A stretch of DNA of 55,109 bases from contig CAJFCJ010000074.1 of NCBI GenBank assembly GCA_904063045.1, positions 25,515 to 80,623 on the forward strand, given 5' to 3'. Both the position numbers and the translations under genes were made by a program. This stretch comes from Dimorphilus gyrociliatus (taxonomy: Eukaryota; Animalia; Annelida). Below, piece after piece: positions 1-14,257 of the stretch; position 1 is the stretch's first letter; each line of letters begins with the position of its first letter. Under the pieces are notes generated by a model. It was not told where the DNA came from and made no database searches. It was given only the letters and a program-made list of their open reading frames with translations.

Positions 1-3000
1 TCTTCCTCGTAGACTGTTTTAACAAAACGAAAAACAAAATGGTACACTTGATTATTATAAAAAAGGTACTACGCAGCATACATAGTTAACTTGGCTGAGT
101 GAGATTTCTCACCTGACAGAGATCACTATTTATTGATGGTCGGTTGCATTGACACAAATCCCTTTAACCTGACCCACTCGCCTCCTCCCCCACTACTCCC
201 ACTCGCGTTCGTAACTTAGGATGATCACTATTAATTGGTACGAAATCTCCAAGCGCCATATTAACTTGAATATCATACTGTATTTTAAAGATAATTACAA
301 GATGGTGTTTGACATAAAATTCGAGGAGTTTTTGTAGTACATTTAATGAATTTCCTATATTGCATGTAATCACTCGAATATCTGGATAGGCATTTGAATT
401 TAGGTGATACCAGAACTTTTTCAATTTTTCCAGAATACTCCTCACAATTGAAAAAGTCGCCGTAGTTGTGTAATGATGTAACGATATAATTCATTGGATA
501 ATTGTAAAACTTGGACGATGTTAAATCCGCATCTTTCTTTGATTCGTTCAAATTCATCACTGTTAAAAAACAGAAAAAGAAAATTATTGCATTGTAGATC
601 TTTCTTTTTAATTGAAATTAATGAAATTTTTTTTGCAACCAGAATAGAAAAGATCATTTGGAAAAATGTTTTTAAAGTATAATTCATTCAGGAGATAATC
701 AGTGGATAAAAATGCAAAATCCACTATTGATAATCCTCTTTTTTTACACATTATCTCTGCTTTTGAAATGGTTGCCCAGTTTTGAAACGATAAAATCTCA
801 TAACAATGATCCATATAATCAAAAATAAACTGTCCATTTTTGCAAACTATCATGTGTGTGTTTATGTATTTTGTTTAAAAAAAACATCTTTTAATCTATT
901 CTTTAAAAATTTTGGAAAATTTTTAACCTTTTTTATTGTTATCTCTTGTGCATTTCAATGCCATTTCAATAGGCAAAAAGATAAAACTTGGCTTTACTGT
1001 TGATTGGCAAAAATAGTTATTTACCATATCCGGACATTTTGCTCTATCTGTCTTCATATATGACATTGTGCTATACGAGAATCCGAACATTTGGCATATT
1101 TTTAAATACATTTCGCTCCCTTGTTGAATCAAATCTAAAATTTGATAAATATTATCTTGAACAACTTGAACTAATGCAGTTATTTCGCTTTTCTCCGAAA
1201 GGTCGTGTTTATAGAAAATATTCCCATAAGGGATGACAAGACGGTAGCGAACATCTATGAAAAGAGAACATGGCAAAAAAAAGTTTATTCTATCGAAAAT
1301 AATCAGCTTTTACCTTCAAATTTTGTATTTTCCATATGTGAAACTAAATACATTTTACCGTATTTTATTGAATACGAGAACGTACATCCTTCGAGGTAAG
1401 AACCATCCCATTTACAATTTCCAAGCGTTAACAGAGTATTTTTTGAGTACAGTAACCTTGGTTCTCTTGGACAGTGTAAAATATCGTCCTAAGCGCATAA
1501 TTATTAATCTATCTATGATTTATTTTTATTAAGGATACTGTACAGAATAGATTATTGAGTAGTTTATATTCTTTGAAGGAGCCCTTTTGAGAAGCTTCCA
1601 TGTCCAGTTAATAATTAAACTTTGATTTGTATCATAAAATGTAAATGGGATAAAGCCATACGTTTTTGAATTTAACATTAATGTATTGTTGAGATAGAGA
1701 GATTGGGATGTTAAAAGATTTAGGAAAAATGGTGTTATTGGCAGTATTTCGTCAATATCTATGGTAAGTCATTTTTTTCAAATAATATTGAATATGTATG
1801 AATTTCTCATTCTAACCTTGAATTTCTTGAAAAGAACAATATATTTTTGAATAATTTCTATTGACAATTTCCAGTTTGAATTCTCCTTTATAAAAGACAA
1901 TAATTGATGATGTAGATGATGATGATGATGATGATGATGATGAGTTTATGTTTTTAAGGAAAAACTGAGAATCCTTGCATAAAAATTTAACATTTCCCTC
2001 ATTGCTGAACAAATCATAAGAGTAGCCATCTTTTCTTACAAACAATTCGTATATATTTTCATCAAAGTGTTCTATGGAATAAATGTCTAACAAAGAGTAT
2101 TTTAATAGAATGTAAACCAATAAACAAAAATTTTTAATAGGTGCAATTTGAAAATATTAATTATTAGAGAGAACGAAAGAGAGTGAGAGAGAGGAGAAAG
2201 AAGACCATCCAGGACAACACCTGTAATGAGGAGGAGATTAGTAAAAAAGAAATCGAGGCAAACAAATACACTCAATAATACATTCAATTGCACCTAATAC
2301 ACTTTAGCATTAGTCTCCTATCATTGGTCACCCATTTTTCTAACAAATGACGTTTTTTTACTACTCCGAGTATTGCTAAACTATTTATACATTTGAATTG
2401 GACTTTCAATCTGTCAGTTGTGGTAAAAAATGAATGATTGATAGGGTTTATCTGTATCATTCTTCCATACAAGTAGATTTCTTTTTGAAGCATTTCAAAC
2501 AAAGCAAAGGTATGAAGAAATCAATAGCCAAATGTTTTTCACTAAAAAGTTAAATTGTAAGTAATAATTGCCAATTAATTGACTAAAAGACTTAAAATAC
2601 ACACAACTGGCAACAAGGATCGAGAATTTTCGGTTCTAGCACAGTACGAACTGGTTGTTAGATAATAAATTTGAAAAAATTAGTGAAAGTAGTCAAAAGG
2701 AATAAAGGAAATTATTTTTTTTTACAATTTTGCTGATCACACGGAGTAGAAGAGTAATGAATTGTATCAAAACCCATAAAATCGCAAATACTTTTGTACA
2801 TTACATTGTCATAACAAAACGAAGTTGCTATTGGATAACTGTCATTGTAATATGGAGATGTTGATACCATTACAGTTCCGTATGTGAAAAATTCATTGTC
2901 AGCAATTTTATTAAAGTATATAGATGCATTTGATACAGCTAAATGTTTATATTCCGACCAAATTAAGCAGTGAGAAATTTTTATATATAACAAAAGATAG

Positions 3001-3026
3001 GAGATAGTCATCAGCAAGTTTGACAT
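1..3026 (-). CDS. Multidomain GPCR paralog B, N-terminal exons only (signal peptide, SRCR-like, C-type-lectin-like); continues off the left edge or is truncated
   Basis: Exon ORFs 2712-3068, 1812-2120, 923-1276, 608-853 and 285-560 are colinear paralogs of the gene at 3309-9169. Shared motifs: FTYGTVMV...CDFMGFD vs FRYGTVVV...CSFMGYD; LGNCKWDGSYLEGC in both; ICQMFGFSYST vs ICQYFGYSYST. One internal splice junction (about 2100-2300) could not be resolved. Confidence 0.7.
1915..1943. repeat. (GAT)n microsatellite encoding poly-Ser in paralog B
   Basis: Uninterrupted gat run; reads SSSSSSSSSS in ORF 1812-2120(-); absent from the matching exon of paralog A. Confidence 0.9.
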
Positions 3027-3308
3027 TCTGACATTGAGAGACAATGAATTTATCGAGGAGATAAGCATTGAATTACTAATGAAATATCTTTAGTCTTTTT
3101 TCTTCTCTCTCTTTTTCTCAAGGTAGTGTTACAAGTTGTGATAAATAATGTAATTTCATAATTAATATTTATTCTAAAGAATAATTAAATGCTTTTCAAT
3201 TCTAATATTCAATTTTTATTCAACAAAGTCGTGCATTTAAACTAATTATTTCTGCCTCTCTCTCTCTCTGTTCCTATCTATCTATCTATTAATCTATATA
3301 GTATCAAA

Positions 3309-6300
3309 ATGATTAAATTGAAAGAATACATACTTTTCTCGCTTAATTTAGCATTAAAATTTCTTACAGAGTGTATTACAATAAATTACACCTCATCAGA
3401 CCTTAAATTTTCTATTGATTCAATAGAAGATGATAAATATTTTAGATATGGAACAGTGGTAGTTGAAAATGTAAATAATTCAGAGTTCTATTACATTAAA
3501 TCCGATGGCTGTAAAGGAACAAATAGTTTAGTTCACAACCTGTGTTCATTCATGGGCTATGATAAAATTCATGTTGTGCACAATTCTTGCCAACCGAAGA
3601 ATGGTAAGTCAGAAAAAGAGAGATGGGAAAAACAACTTTTCTTACATTTTTTTCCTTGTTTTCTAGATAACGGAAAATTGATAAATGATCTTCTCCTTCA
3701 GCCATGCTGTTCAATGTAAACTGGAATTTTTTACATATATACTGTATAGATGCGATAGAAAAGTCCATAAAGTTTTAGTTTAAGTCTAGCTCTAACCTAG
3801 CCCTGGATTTTTACATTTTCTAGCCCATTTTTAGTTAAACTAAATCCAAACTAGTTAAAATTTTGAGAATGGACGTTTTTCTCTCGACATATATACATAT
3901 ATATATATTTATACTTGAAATAACCCGACCGTTTTACAAAGGAATGTTACTCCAACAATCACCAACAAATCTTTTGTTGTCATTTGTTTAAAATGCTTCA
4001 AGAAGAATTCTACTTGTAAATTCTTTAACAAATTTGGATTAGATTCTTTAACAATAAATTGACTTTCAGATATATATTCACTTAAATATCCAACATTGAG
4101 TATATATCAACTATTTTTGAGAAAGAACCAACAGTCATTCCAAATATTTAGTAATGAGACTAACAAACATTTTTTATGTAAACAATCTCAATTCTATATC
4201 TCGGAAGATTCTTTACATACATTTTCAACAAAGAAGGCAATTTTTCTCCAATCGACTGACTTTGTATTCAAAATTAAAAATGGAATAGACACCGCAAATA
4301 CATTTTGCTCTTTTCAAGATATTAAAGGTTTGCCTATTTATTGGCGAGATAATAAACAATGTTTATTTAAATATATTTCAATAACAAAGATATTCAACTT
4401 TTACCTTCAAATAATTTTTTTCTATCGTTTTTCCAAATGAATGAACCCATTTCGGATCATAGTTTGATAATGAAGTCAAAAACGCTTGGATATTTACCTT
4501 TTAGCTTTGCTAAAACGAATAAAGATAAAATTAATAAATGGCTGAGGAGGTTTTTTGATAAGAAAATGACAAAATTACAATCAACTAAGGTAGATTTGGT
4601 AGTAGAGAGAGAAATAAAGGAGAGATTTAGGAATACTACTCAAACATAATAAACAAACAATCAATACAGCCCTAAACTCCAACAGATATCCATAGGATTT
4701 TGTAATGAATCTTTCAACTTTAATTATCTACCATCAAACCGTTTGGCTTTGGGAAACTGTAAATGGGACGGGTCCTATCTAGAAGGTTGCATACTTTCTC
4801 AAACGTTATCGGAATCGACAATTTATTCAATTATAAATATTGAAAGTCTAAGAGAAACTGGTATAGTTAATTAATTTTCAAAGTTCATATTTTTTCATTT
4901 ACAATGGATTCAGATTCTTTGTATCGGATTGTTACTCTGATCAATAAATTCATCTACAAAAGTGATAAGGATAAACCGAACGAAATAATAGGATTCGTTG
5001 AAATTCTCGAAAACAATTACTACTCACAAATTCCATTTCAAAATTTAACATCTGATAAAATTGCTTACATTTGCCAATATTTTGGTTATTCTTACAGTAC
5101 ACTCCAGTTTAAAATTCTTGAAACATGTTCGCATGATTCAGTTGATAACTCTATATGTTGGCCGAAAGGAGTGAATATAGATACCGAAAATAACCTCAAC
5201 TTTACTATAAAATGTAACCGTGCAACTAATAAAAAAGGTTTTCTTTTCATGATAAAATTATTTTTTCCATTAAAAAAGGTTTCATTACTTGTTTAGCTTG
5301 CCACCACAAGTACTACTCGTTAGCAGACAACTCAACTATTTTCGATATTCACGATAATTGCTATTATTACTTTCACGCTAAAAGAAATTTAAGTATAATT
5401 GAAATAAGTTCCTTTTGTCAAAAAAGAAATCTTTCGATCTTTGACAACGCATTCGCTTTCTCCGAACTATTCTTTCATACATTTGTTAAACATGTAAAAC
5501 CAAACGTTACAGCAGCGCCAAGCAGTTAAGCAATGTTATTTATCTTCTTTTCAATGATAAATTCATGACGTAAATGTTGGGGGATAGCGGATAAAGAAAC
5601 GTCACTGTTTGTGAGCAAATAGTTAATAAGCCTATGTGCAAACTTTCTATAGACAGTCAATTCTAACCGTTTCAAAAGTAACATGGGGACGTTTCTATTC
5701 CGGCATTCCATTATTTTTTCTTTCAAATATTTAGTGCTTGATGAAAAATTCCTAAAAAGAAAAAATCGCACAGTACTAACAACCTCAAATAATTACCCTG
5801 AACAATTCATAATCTATGATTTGCACTCTTCTTGTGAAAAGAGCTATTACGATCATAGTATGAGAAATTTCATTTTTTAGCATCCTTTTTTTTAAAAAAA
5901 GAAAGAATTAAAACTGAATATTCAAGTGTTAAATGAAATTTTCCAGTGTTCGAGAAGCTCACCACGGTTCCATCAATGTGTCTAGAGAGGAATATATATT
6001 CTTCTTATATTGAAAGTTTTAACTGTTATGAAAGATATTACGAATTTTTTTGTCAGAGACCTTCCTGTAAGTTACAACTGTTATTTAATAAAAATAGAGC
6101 ATAGCATTTGGGAGAAATGGGGATTGGATGTCGAAAGGAAGCATTTACTTTTTGGTTTTTGTTGTAAGCCTATGATAATTTACATTTTTAGACTATAAGG
6201 AAGAAAGAAGCCCTTTGAATTCTTTGCCAATTGAAATTATTAGCGATGTAGTATTTTTATGCTTTAGAGAGAATGTTTACATTAATAAGATGTACGTCTG

Positions 6301-9169
6301 CGACGGAATTGATGATTGTAAACTGGGTGAAGACGAGGAGAATTGCTCACAGCCGCAATACTTTTACTGTTCACCAACCGAGAGGATAATGTATCAATTC
6401 GTTTGCAATCATTATTATGACTGTTCCAACAAAATTGACGAGGAGTTTTGTGGTAAATAAAGAAAAAACAACGAAAATACTAATTATCAATAACAAACAT
6501 TTTTGATCTAACCGCTTTGACAGAATGGCAAACTTGTCCTACTTTTAGGTCTATATTCTATCAACGTGATAAACAAATACTCATTATTTTTCTTTAGATG
6601 TCAGAATAAGCAATGTATAGAATTATATAATTTATGTAATTCACAAATCAACTGCGCTGATCAAACTGATGAAATTTGTGATAAAAAACTATTTCATTCA
6701 AGCGACGAATCAAATTCGAGCTTTTGCCCAAAAAATTTCTTTTATTGCAATGGAGACAAATGTATAGAAAAGTCTCGCGTTTGCGATCTGCACTTGGACT
6801 GCACGGATTTTAACGATGAAATTCCATCAATGTGTAGCACTATAATCACTAGAGCAAAGTGTGACTCACTAATTGCAAATAGAACAAACACATGCCGTCT
6901 GGAAGAGTACTTTGATCATTTTAGCTTTTCTTCACCAATCTCGTATTTTGCAAATTTTTGGTCAGAGTGCTCAAACAATTCATGTCCAAATGGAACTTAT
7001 ACATGTAAAGATGATAATTATTGTATACCGATTATGAATGTATGCGACGGAGTTGCTCATTGTCGAAAAGGAGATGACGAATATCAGTGTGGTTTGTCTT
7101 ATATTAGTTTTAACAAAGCAATTGATAAAACATTAATAAACACGTAGAAAACTTTCGACCTTCTGGTTTTTTTGCCTGTAAAGATAGCACTTCAATTTTG
7201 AATTTAAATCAAATATGCAATGGAATAATTGATTGTTTAGACGGAAGTGATGAAATTAATTGCAATTCAACAATGATAAAATGTGATAGAAATTTAAAAT
7301 CAAGACAATATTTCTGTGAAAATAAAGAGATTTCAATTGAAAATAATGACAAATATATTAAAAATCAATTTTATAATGATTTAATATTCAAAAATTCAAA
7401 ATTATTACCAAATAATGATGATGATGAAATAATATTTTTAAATATCTATAAAGTTCAATTCAATGATTTGAATAATTTCAAAATTATCATATCAAATTCA
7501 ATGCCAAATTTAATTTCATTAGCTGTTCAAAATTTAATGCTTGACTTTTTCAAACATTTCGAAATGGATAAACCAATGAAACTTTTACAAAATATTTCAA
7601 TTGTTAAAGTTACATTAGCAAAATCATTTCAATATTTCAATTTCTCAATTTTTCCTTTGTTAACAAAGTTGAGTATTGTTAGATCATTTCCGTTAGAATC
7701 TCTTAAAAATGGACATCTAGGTGCTAATTCAAAATTGAAATTCCTTGAGATTATCAATTGTAGATTATCGTCAATTGACAAACTACTGTTTCACAATATA
7801 AATGTAATGAATAGTCTAAGAATTTTATTTCTCAATGGAACAAAATTTAATAAATCATCAAATTTTTTACCATTTAAACATCTGTTGACAGTTGATCACG
7901 TGTCATCTGAGTACTCTTCAATTTGTTGCATTGTCAATTATTTTAATAAGGCAATTAAATCTTGTCGACCAAACCATAAGAAATTACTAAAAGCTTGCTC
8001 CAATTTATTAGTTTCGAAAAGAATTAAATTTCTATTTATAGCAGTGACAATTCTTTGCTTTCTGGGTAATTTAATTAGTTTTCTAATCAAGTTAAACAAT
8101 TTGACGAGATTGTCAATGATATTCGAATTGTTTCTATCACTTGGAGATTTTTGCATCATTTTACCATTAATGATCCTCTTATCCAAACACTACAAATACG
8201 AAGGGGTTTTTATGTATTTTTCAGTTCACTGGCTTTCAACTATAGAATGTCTGTTAATTTATCCATTTATAATACTCTCTTTGGCCTTGTCGTTGTCAAA
8301 TCAACTTGTAGTGACCATAGAACGTTTTATAGCTATAAAATATCCATTCAAAAAAACTTTTTCCTCAATATTTTCAATTGTTGTAACTGAACTTTCCATC
8401 ATTGTTACATCAACGATATGTTTTATATTGCTCTTGTTATTTAAGAATGTATATATAGTAAGAGAAAAATATAGATCTTATTAAACTCTATCTTTTCCAG
8501 ACTTATCAATTTTCTACTGATATCTGCTTTAGTATTTTCTACACAAATCAACAAATACTTGAATGGTCCTTGTTATTTCTACTCTTTGGATTTATCCTAT
8601 TCAGTTTATGCGTAGCTATGAATCTATTCTCTCTGCTTACAATTTTTCTTTTAAGCAAAGCAGCAGCCGTATCCAAAAATAAAAAAACAATGACCTACGC
8701 CAAAAGTTCAATGGTTATAGCATTTATTACCAATACAATTAGTTGGCCACCAGTGTTTATCATAGGCCTTTTGTCCTCATTTATTGATTTCGAGATAAAT
8801 TACGAAATGTATTTATGGATATTTATTGTATTTGTGCCTATGAATAGTATTTTAACTCCTTATTTTCGTATAATAAGCCAGTTGAGAACTAGAAAACAAT
8901 TGAAAAGGTATGTATACTTACTTACCAGCTGTTTTAGAAGGACAAAAATTTTCCATATGAAGATGGAGCAAAAAGATAATTATCTTATTTCTTTTTCCAT
9001 AAAAAAACAGACAGAAAAAACTGTTGCTCCAACAAAAGTCAATAGGAGACAAATGTATTGTTTCTCCTTTTCTTTCTTTCTCTCGCTCTCTCTATCTCGC
9101 CTTAAAAACCTACATTTTCCTTTAATACAGATGTCAGCTTTTACAAGACATCCTTCAAATATTACTTAA
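3309..9169 (+). CDS. Multidomain rhodopsin-class GPCR A: signal peptide, SRCR-like, CTL-like, about 6 LDLa, LRR, 7TM (GRL101/LGR type C-like); 3' end approximate
   Basis: LDLa motifs VCDGIDDCKLGEDEENC, VCDLHLDCTDFNDE, VCDGVAHCRKGDDEYQC, ICNGIIDCLDGSDEINC. LRR region in ORF 7198-8484, hinge ICC...C...CSNLL, TM1 GNLISF, TM3 TIERFIAIKYPF, TM6 TISWPPVFII, TM7 VPMNSILTPY. GT-AG junctions checked in phase at several exons (3603/3667, 6066/6191, 7091/7148). Confidence 0.87.
3760..3889 (+). repeat. Dispersed short repeat copy (degenerate CCCTAA/CTAG-rich core ending TGGACGTTTTTCTCTCGAC), in an intron of GPCR A
   Basis: The same terminal motif occurs at 24458-24478(+), 32383-32404(-), 52949-52970(+) and partly at 41706-41720(-). 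Confidence 0.55.
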
Positions 9170-9219
9170 TTTCAAAAAATCATAGTAACAAACTGACATT
9201 ATTTCAACGTATCAAACAT

Positions 9220-9459
9220 TTGAAAAGCATTGTTGACCTAAGAATCTTTTCATATTGTTTATTTACAGCCATATTTCAAAGCAATGAAATATCTGTTTGT
9301 TTAACTGAAGCTATTAGTTTCAAAAATATTTTTGTTGAAAAGAGAAAATACTATTTTTTAATGTCAAATGTAAAATGTTACTCTGATCTTCAAAGTCAAA
9401 TTGATATTCAAAATGCTGCTCTATTAATAGATGATTGTATGAACACTCTATTGAAATAA
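9220..9459 (+). other. Possible first-exon remnant of a further receptor paralog (signal-like start, SRCR-like YFLMSNVKC)
   Basis: Hydrophobic N-terminus; weak similarity to ORFs 12782-13189 (KRFYCLFNNV) and 20633-20902 (KRQMYFFNVRC). Confidence 0.3.
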
Positions 9460-10000
9460 ATTATTAAAATGTCATTTGAATATTTTCAAATTTTTACTAT
9501 ATGGAGAAAAAATTGGCAAAATTCCAAACTTGATAGAAAAAAGTGAGCCTAGCTAATTAACTATTGATTAGTTGCTTTTAACATAAATTCGATTCAACTC
9601 TTGCAACATGAATAGCTAATTTTAGAATGTCGAACAAAATTTCCATTATTTCATTTTTTTACCCTAACCCTAATCCTAAGTTACTTTAGCCTTTAACATT
9701 CAGGAAATGCTCTGACCACGAACTCTTTTACTTTTTCTCCAACATTACCAATTCATTGAAATTAATCAAACTTTATACTTAAAAATTGTTGGCACCAAAG
9801 TAGTATTTTATCACTATGCACCAATAACTTTAATTGCCAGTTTATAGTATAATTTTATAATGCAACCTATTAAAATCCATAATTATAAAATATAAATGTT
9901 ACAAGGTTCTCTTGAACAACGAAACTAAACGATAAACAATTTTTTTTTGCAAGCAAAACTGGGAAACAATAAGGATGATTTTGATAGACCCTCTTTAATA

Positions 10001-11180
10001 AAGTAAATGACAGGAGTATTGGAACACCTGGAAGTTTTATTGGCCAAATATTAAAAATCTTTTTCATTATGAAAAAAGATTATTTTTTATTCAGTGTTCA
10101 ATAATAGGTTCAACTTCCAATTTTAGGGCTCCTTGCTGGCCAATCAAAGGCTCAACGTTGTTTTTTTAAAAGGCCTTTTTCGTTTTTCTTTCTATGTGAC
10201 TATGTGACAACCAGCATTTTCTTGCTGGAAGATGTACTTACTGCCCATTTTTTACCTCAGTCTCTTCTATGACAGAAAGAACATCTTCCACAATGAAGGA
10301 GCTCTACTTTTCCACATTCAGTTTTCTCCTTATCACTATTGTTAGTCCACATCCTAAAGTCATCAGGTCCACTTAGGGAAAACCTAGCCTCAACTGTAAA
10401 AATAACCATAGGCCAGTCTAGACTAATAATTTTGTGACAGTATTCTTTTCTCTGTTTACAATCTTTAGAGGTGAGATCAGTTCTTTGTCTGACTCTTTTG
10501 TATTTGACGTTTTGTCTTTTCAGCTCCTTCTGAATTGTTCTGATGCTTATATCTACTTCTAGTTCCTTTAATATCTTTGCTGCTGTCACTCTTTGCTTCT
10601 TATCTTTCAGTTTCTTCACAATCTGTTTCATCCTGGTTATCTCTCTGTCAGAAAGCTATTGTCTTGCTCTGGCTGCTTATACTTCAAGATGTTACTAACT
10701 GATGATGGTGCCATTCCTAAAACTCTTGCTGTTGCCCTTAATTTCCCTATTTGCCTATATTTTTTGATTACAAGATCCCTAATATCTTTACCCCAAACCA
10801 TAATTAAAAAAATACAAATAAATTATATACAGTAATTTTTAATATTCAATAACTAATTAACTCAACTTAATACAGGAAAAAAGTTGAAAAAAATTTTGTT
10901 TGAGATGTCTATTTGAATGCCAAACCAGATATCAATGCAATGTTCCAATAAACATGTCACACAGCCAAAGATAATTACTAAAAACTTTTGCTAAAAATAT
11001 TCACAAAATATTACCATTTTCTTAATTTTTTTCAATATTATGTTATTATGTCAATTTAACTCTTCTTCTATATGAATTTAGAAAAAAAATAATAGTTTGC
11101 AGTAAATGAACAAATTTAACCATTAATTAAAAATTGGCCTGTGAAAATTTATGGTGTCCACATATTCTTGTCATTTACTT
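10001..11180 (-). mobile_element. Internally deleted Tc1/mariner element with both TIRs and TA target duplication
   Basis: TIRs AAGTAAATGACAGGAGTATTGGAACACC (10001) and its imperfect reverse complement ending 11180, flanked by TA at 9999-10000 and 11181-11182. Transposase remnant starts MVWGKDIRD at 10801(-) and includes VIFTVEARFSLSGPD; frameshifts and deletions present. Confidence 0.88.
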
Positions 11181-11399
11181 TATATTACTGATTTTTTTGG
11201 GGAGATAAAAGGAATGTCTGAGAACTTATTGATACATCCTTGGATGAATATTATTAATCCTATCCTATTTTTACTTAAATTTCAAATTGTAGCTTTAAGT
11301 GACTGAGAGAGTTATATGCATAAGGATACTTAAGACAACATACTGCTCACTTGAATGTTACCGTATCTGGTGGGTGACTTAAAGTCACCTTCCTAAAGT

Positions 11400-12720
11400 T
11401 ACCCCCCAACTGTTTCTTATCTCTTCTCAAACTATATGGAAATTTGTTGCTACTTAAAAACTATTAATGAAAAATTGATAGTTTGCCAACCAGAAAAGAG
11501 TATATACAATGGCTGTATATTTCTGTTTGGATCATTAACGTTAAGAAATTGGGCAACCGCTATTATGATATTGGCATTTATGATAAAAGTCCATTCAATT
11601 CTTTTGCGAATATTTAACTTGAAACGCTATGACCATATTTTTAACTATTGTGTGTCATTTGGAGATGGTCTTTTTGCAATTTCACTATCAATATTACTAA
11701 TAATGGATTATAAATATGGAAGAAATTTCCTTACATTTTCATATATGTGGAAATCTAGTTTTAAATGTCAACTAGTTAGAGTATTAATCACATTTTCTTT
11801 GATTTTTACACATTTGAATAACATGTTCACAACTATTCGACTCTTTGATGCAAAGTACATTTTACTGAAAGAGTGTTGTTTATTTAAATTGCAACATATC
11901 GTCTTAATTGAATTGACTATATTTCTTATATCGCTTTCCTCTGCCATTTTGTCGTTATATTTTAGTCAAAATGTGAGAAAAAAGTAACATTGTTTGTTTT
12001 CTTTGAAGGAGGAAAGGGGACGAGATTGATTGCAAATAGTTGAATACTGGATAAAATATCCCCAACTTATTAACTTACAACCTTCATTTTGGCCTAATTA
12101 ATGAAATTATTTTCCCCAACCGGAAATGAGCCCCCCTCAGGGGATATTTTGTCCAACACCCCATCTCCTCACCAAATAGTTCACCTAATTGTTTTATTGT
12201 TCCTTGTAGGATAATCAATATTCAAAATCTGTGCTGTGTTTCAATATTTTTTACACTGGTGAAGAAACAACAGAATGGATTATATCCGCTGTGTTTTTTG
12301 GCTTCATAGGCTTTCTACCCTGTTTCTTTATGGATTTAATCAGTTTCTTAAAAATTTGCAAGTGTTTTATGTTAAGAGAAAGAATTCATACATCAATTCT
12401 TTTAAGAGTTTTTGTTTCAAATGTTTGCTGGTTGCCATTGATATTTATTAGTTAGCTGTTTTTATGTTGATTTCTACTGTTTTTACATCAACACTTCTAT
12501 CTTTCTTTCAGCAACGTTTTCTCCATTTTTAAATTTGACCATTTCCCACAAAGTTAATGTTATTGTTTTCTTAACAATACTACCAGCAAATTCAATATTC
12601 AATGAAGCTTTTTACATTGTAGAATATATTAAAATGAAATTAAAGGAAAAGAGGTTTTCTTTGTTTTTCATTCAGTTTATTTCAATCATTTTAATATTAT
12701 ATACTCATTTTTTCTCCTAA
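11400..12720 (+). pseudogene. GPCR paralog D: hinge + 7TM only, ectodomain absent (truncated gene or pseudogene)
   Basis: MEICC...CQPEKSIYNGC hinge and TM1-4 in 11436-11973, TM5-6 in 12211-12452 (VSNVCWLPLIF), TM7 ILPANSIFNEAFY near 12580. Homology stops abruptly near 11400 with an in-frame TAA at 11394-11396. Confidence 0.72.
12048..12155. mobile_element. MITE-like insertion in an intron of paralog D
   Basis: TGGATAAAATATCCCC (12048-12063) and GGGGATATTTTGTCCA (12140-12155) form a 15/16 inverted repeat; the intron is longer and GC-richer than its neighbours. Confidence 0.5.
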
Positions 12721-12781
12721 TTTGTAAATAAATAACAAGGCATTTCAAATCGAAGAGAATGCAAGAGACACTCATTCTTAA

Positions 12782-13189
12782 ATGTTGATTTTAAAGAATG
12801 TTTGTTGTTGTTTTTCTTACTCAGAGAGATTTTCTTTTTTTCCAACAGATTTTAGTTTTTTCAATGACAGTTTCAACAATAATCTAGTTTTAAAAGAACA
12901 TAGTCAACATATGGAATTATTTGATTTTAACAAACATATTACAAAAGTTAATGATTTATTGGAGTTTACGCATTCATTATTTCAAGCGATAGACATTTGC
13001 TGCCAAAACACTCTCTGCCTTGATCAAAGTATCAAATCCGATTGCATTTTCTATGATCAAAAAAGATTTTATTGTCTCTTTAACAACGTAACTGAGTTTT
13101 CTGAAAAACAATTTAAAAATGATATTAAAGAAGCTTCAATGATTATTAGAAAATTCCTACAAAAATTCTTTATTGTCAATAAACTGTAG
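12782..13189 (+). other. Uncharacterised Cys-containing ORF, possibly the N-terminal remnant of another receptor paralog
   Basis: 135-codon ORF directly after paralog D, mirroring ORF 9220 after gene A; weak motif sharing only. Confidence 0.3.
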
Positions 13190-13595
13190 TTTAAACTTTT
13201 ACGGTTTTTCTAATTTAGCAAAAGTTTAGGCCCACAGCTGTATTAAGATTGCAATAAAACCTGTAAACATAATACAGTCCCGCCAAAAAATCTATAGCAG
13301 GGTTGTTCTTGAAATGAAAAACGTGAAATATTTAAGTAACAGGACTTGCTTAATTAAATTTTTTTGTTTAGAATGAAGGATAAGACATTTATAGAACCAA
13401 ATTTAAAGATAAAATTCATTTAAAAATTTTTTTTACTTTCCAGTAATTTTTATTCAAAAAATTTTGCATTATTTTATTTTTCTCTCTTATTATTTCAGAA
13501 ATAGGACAAGCTCGTCCAAAAAAGGCCAGTGCACTGCCCTTCCTTAGCCAATTTTCCTTAGATTTTTTTAAATAAGTAAATAGAGAGGTTGTATA

Positions 13596-14257
13596 AAGTA
13601 AACAACAGGTATGTTGGCACACCTCGAATTTTGATAGGTGAAATATTAAAAATCAATTTCATTATGAGGAAAGATTATTATTTAAATTTTCTCAGTCTTA
13701 AATTATAGATTAAACTTGGAATTTTATATAAATTTCTTTCAAAAAGCATTTAGCTAAGCTTTTACATATATTTTTTTTATAAAAATTACTATTGTTTTAT
13801 GATTTTTTTTCTTATTTGGCCAATTGACATGATTATTGGCACATAAACTTTTGAGTTAAAATTTTCTTTATCTTTGTATGTGCTGACCCTCTCTTTCTAA
13901 GCATTTGCTTATCCTATGGCCCATTCCATCATACAAATTTGGAAGCAACTCTGGATTCTTCTTTATAAGCTCATAGCAGCACTTCTTAATTCTTTCCCAT
14001 AATTCACCCTCTGACTCGAACTGTGGCCCATCATAGACCATTGTTTTTGTTAGGTGCAACATGTTCTTGATTGGGCACTGGTCAGGGCTCCTTGCTGGCC
14101 AATCAATGGTCTTGATTTCATTTTTCTTAAAGGCCCTTTCTGCTGCTCTTGCTGTATGACAGCCAGCATTACCTTTCTGGAAGATGTACTTCCTCCCCAT
14201 TTTTGTCTCAATCTCAAGACATGGCAAGAAGAGTTGACATAAATGAAGAAATTTCAT
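13596..14257 (-). mobile_element. Tc1 3' fragment (catalytic C-terminus plus one TIR)
   Basis: FQKGNAGCHTA...WPARSPDQCPIKNMLHL is a decayed DD34E region; TIR TA|AAGTAAACAACAGGTATGTTGGCACACC at 13596. Confidence 0.85.

Noticed and set aside
164-445. 93-aa minus-strand ORF ending GVVGEEASGSG
   Set aside because: Overlaps a paralog B exon in another frame and runs into probable intron sequence.
9661-9680. Telomeric repeat or chromosome-fusion scar
   Set aside because: Only two to three imperfect CCCTAA units; better explained by the dispersed repeat family or chance.
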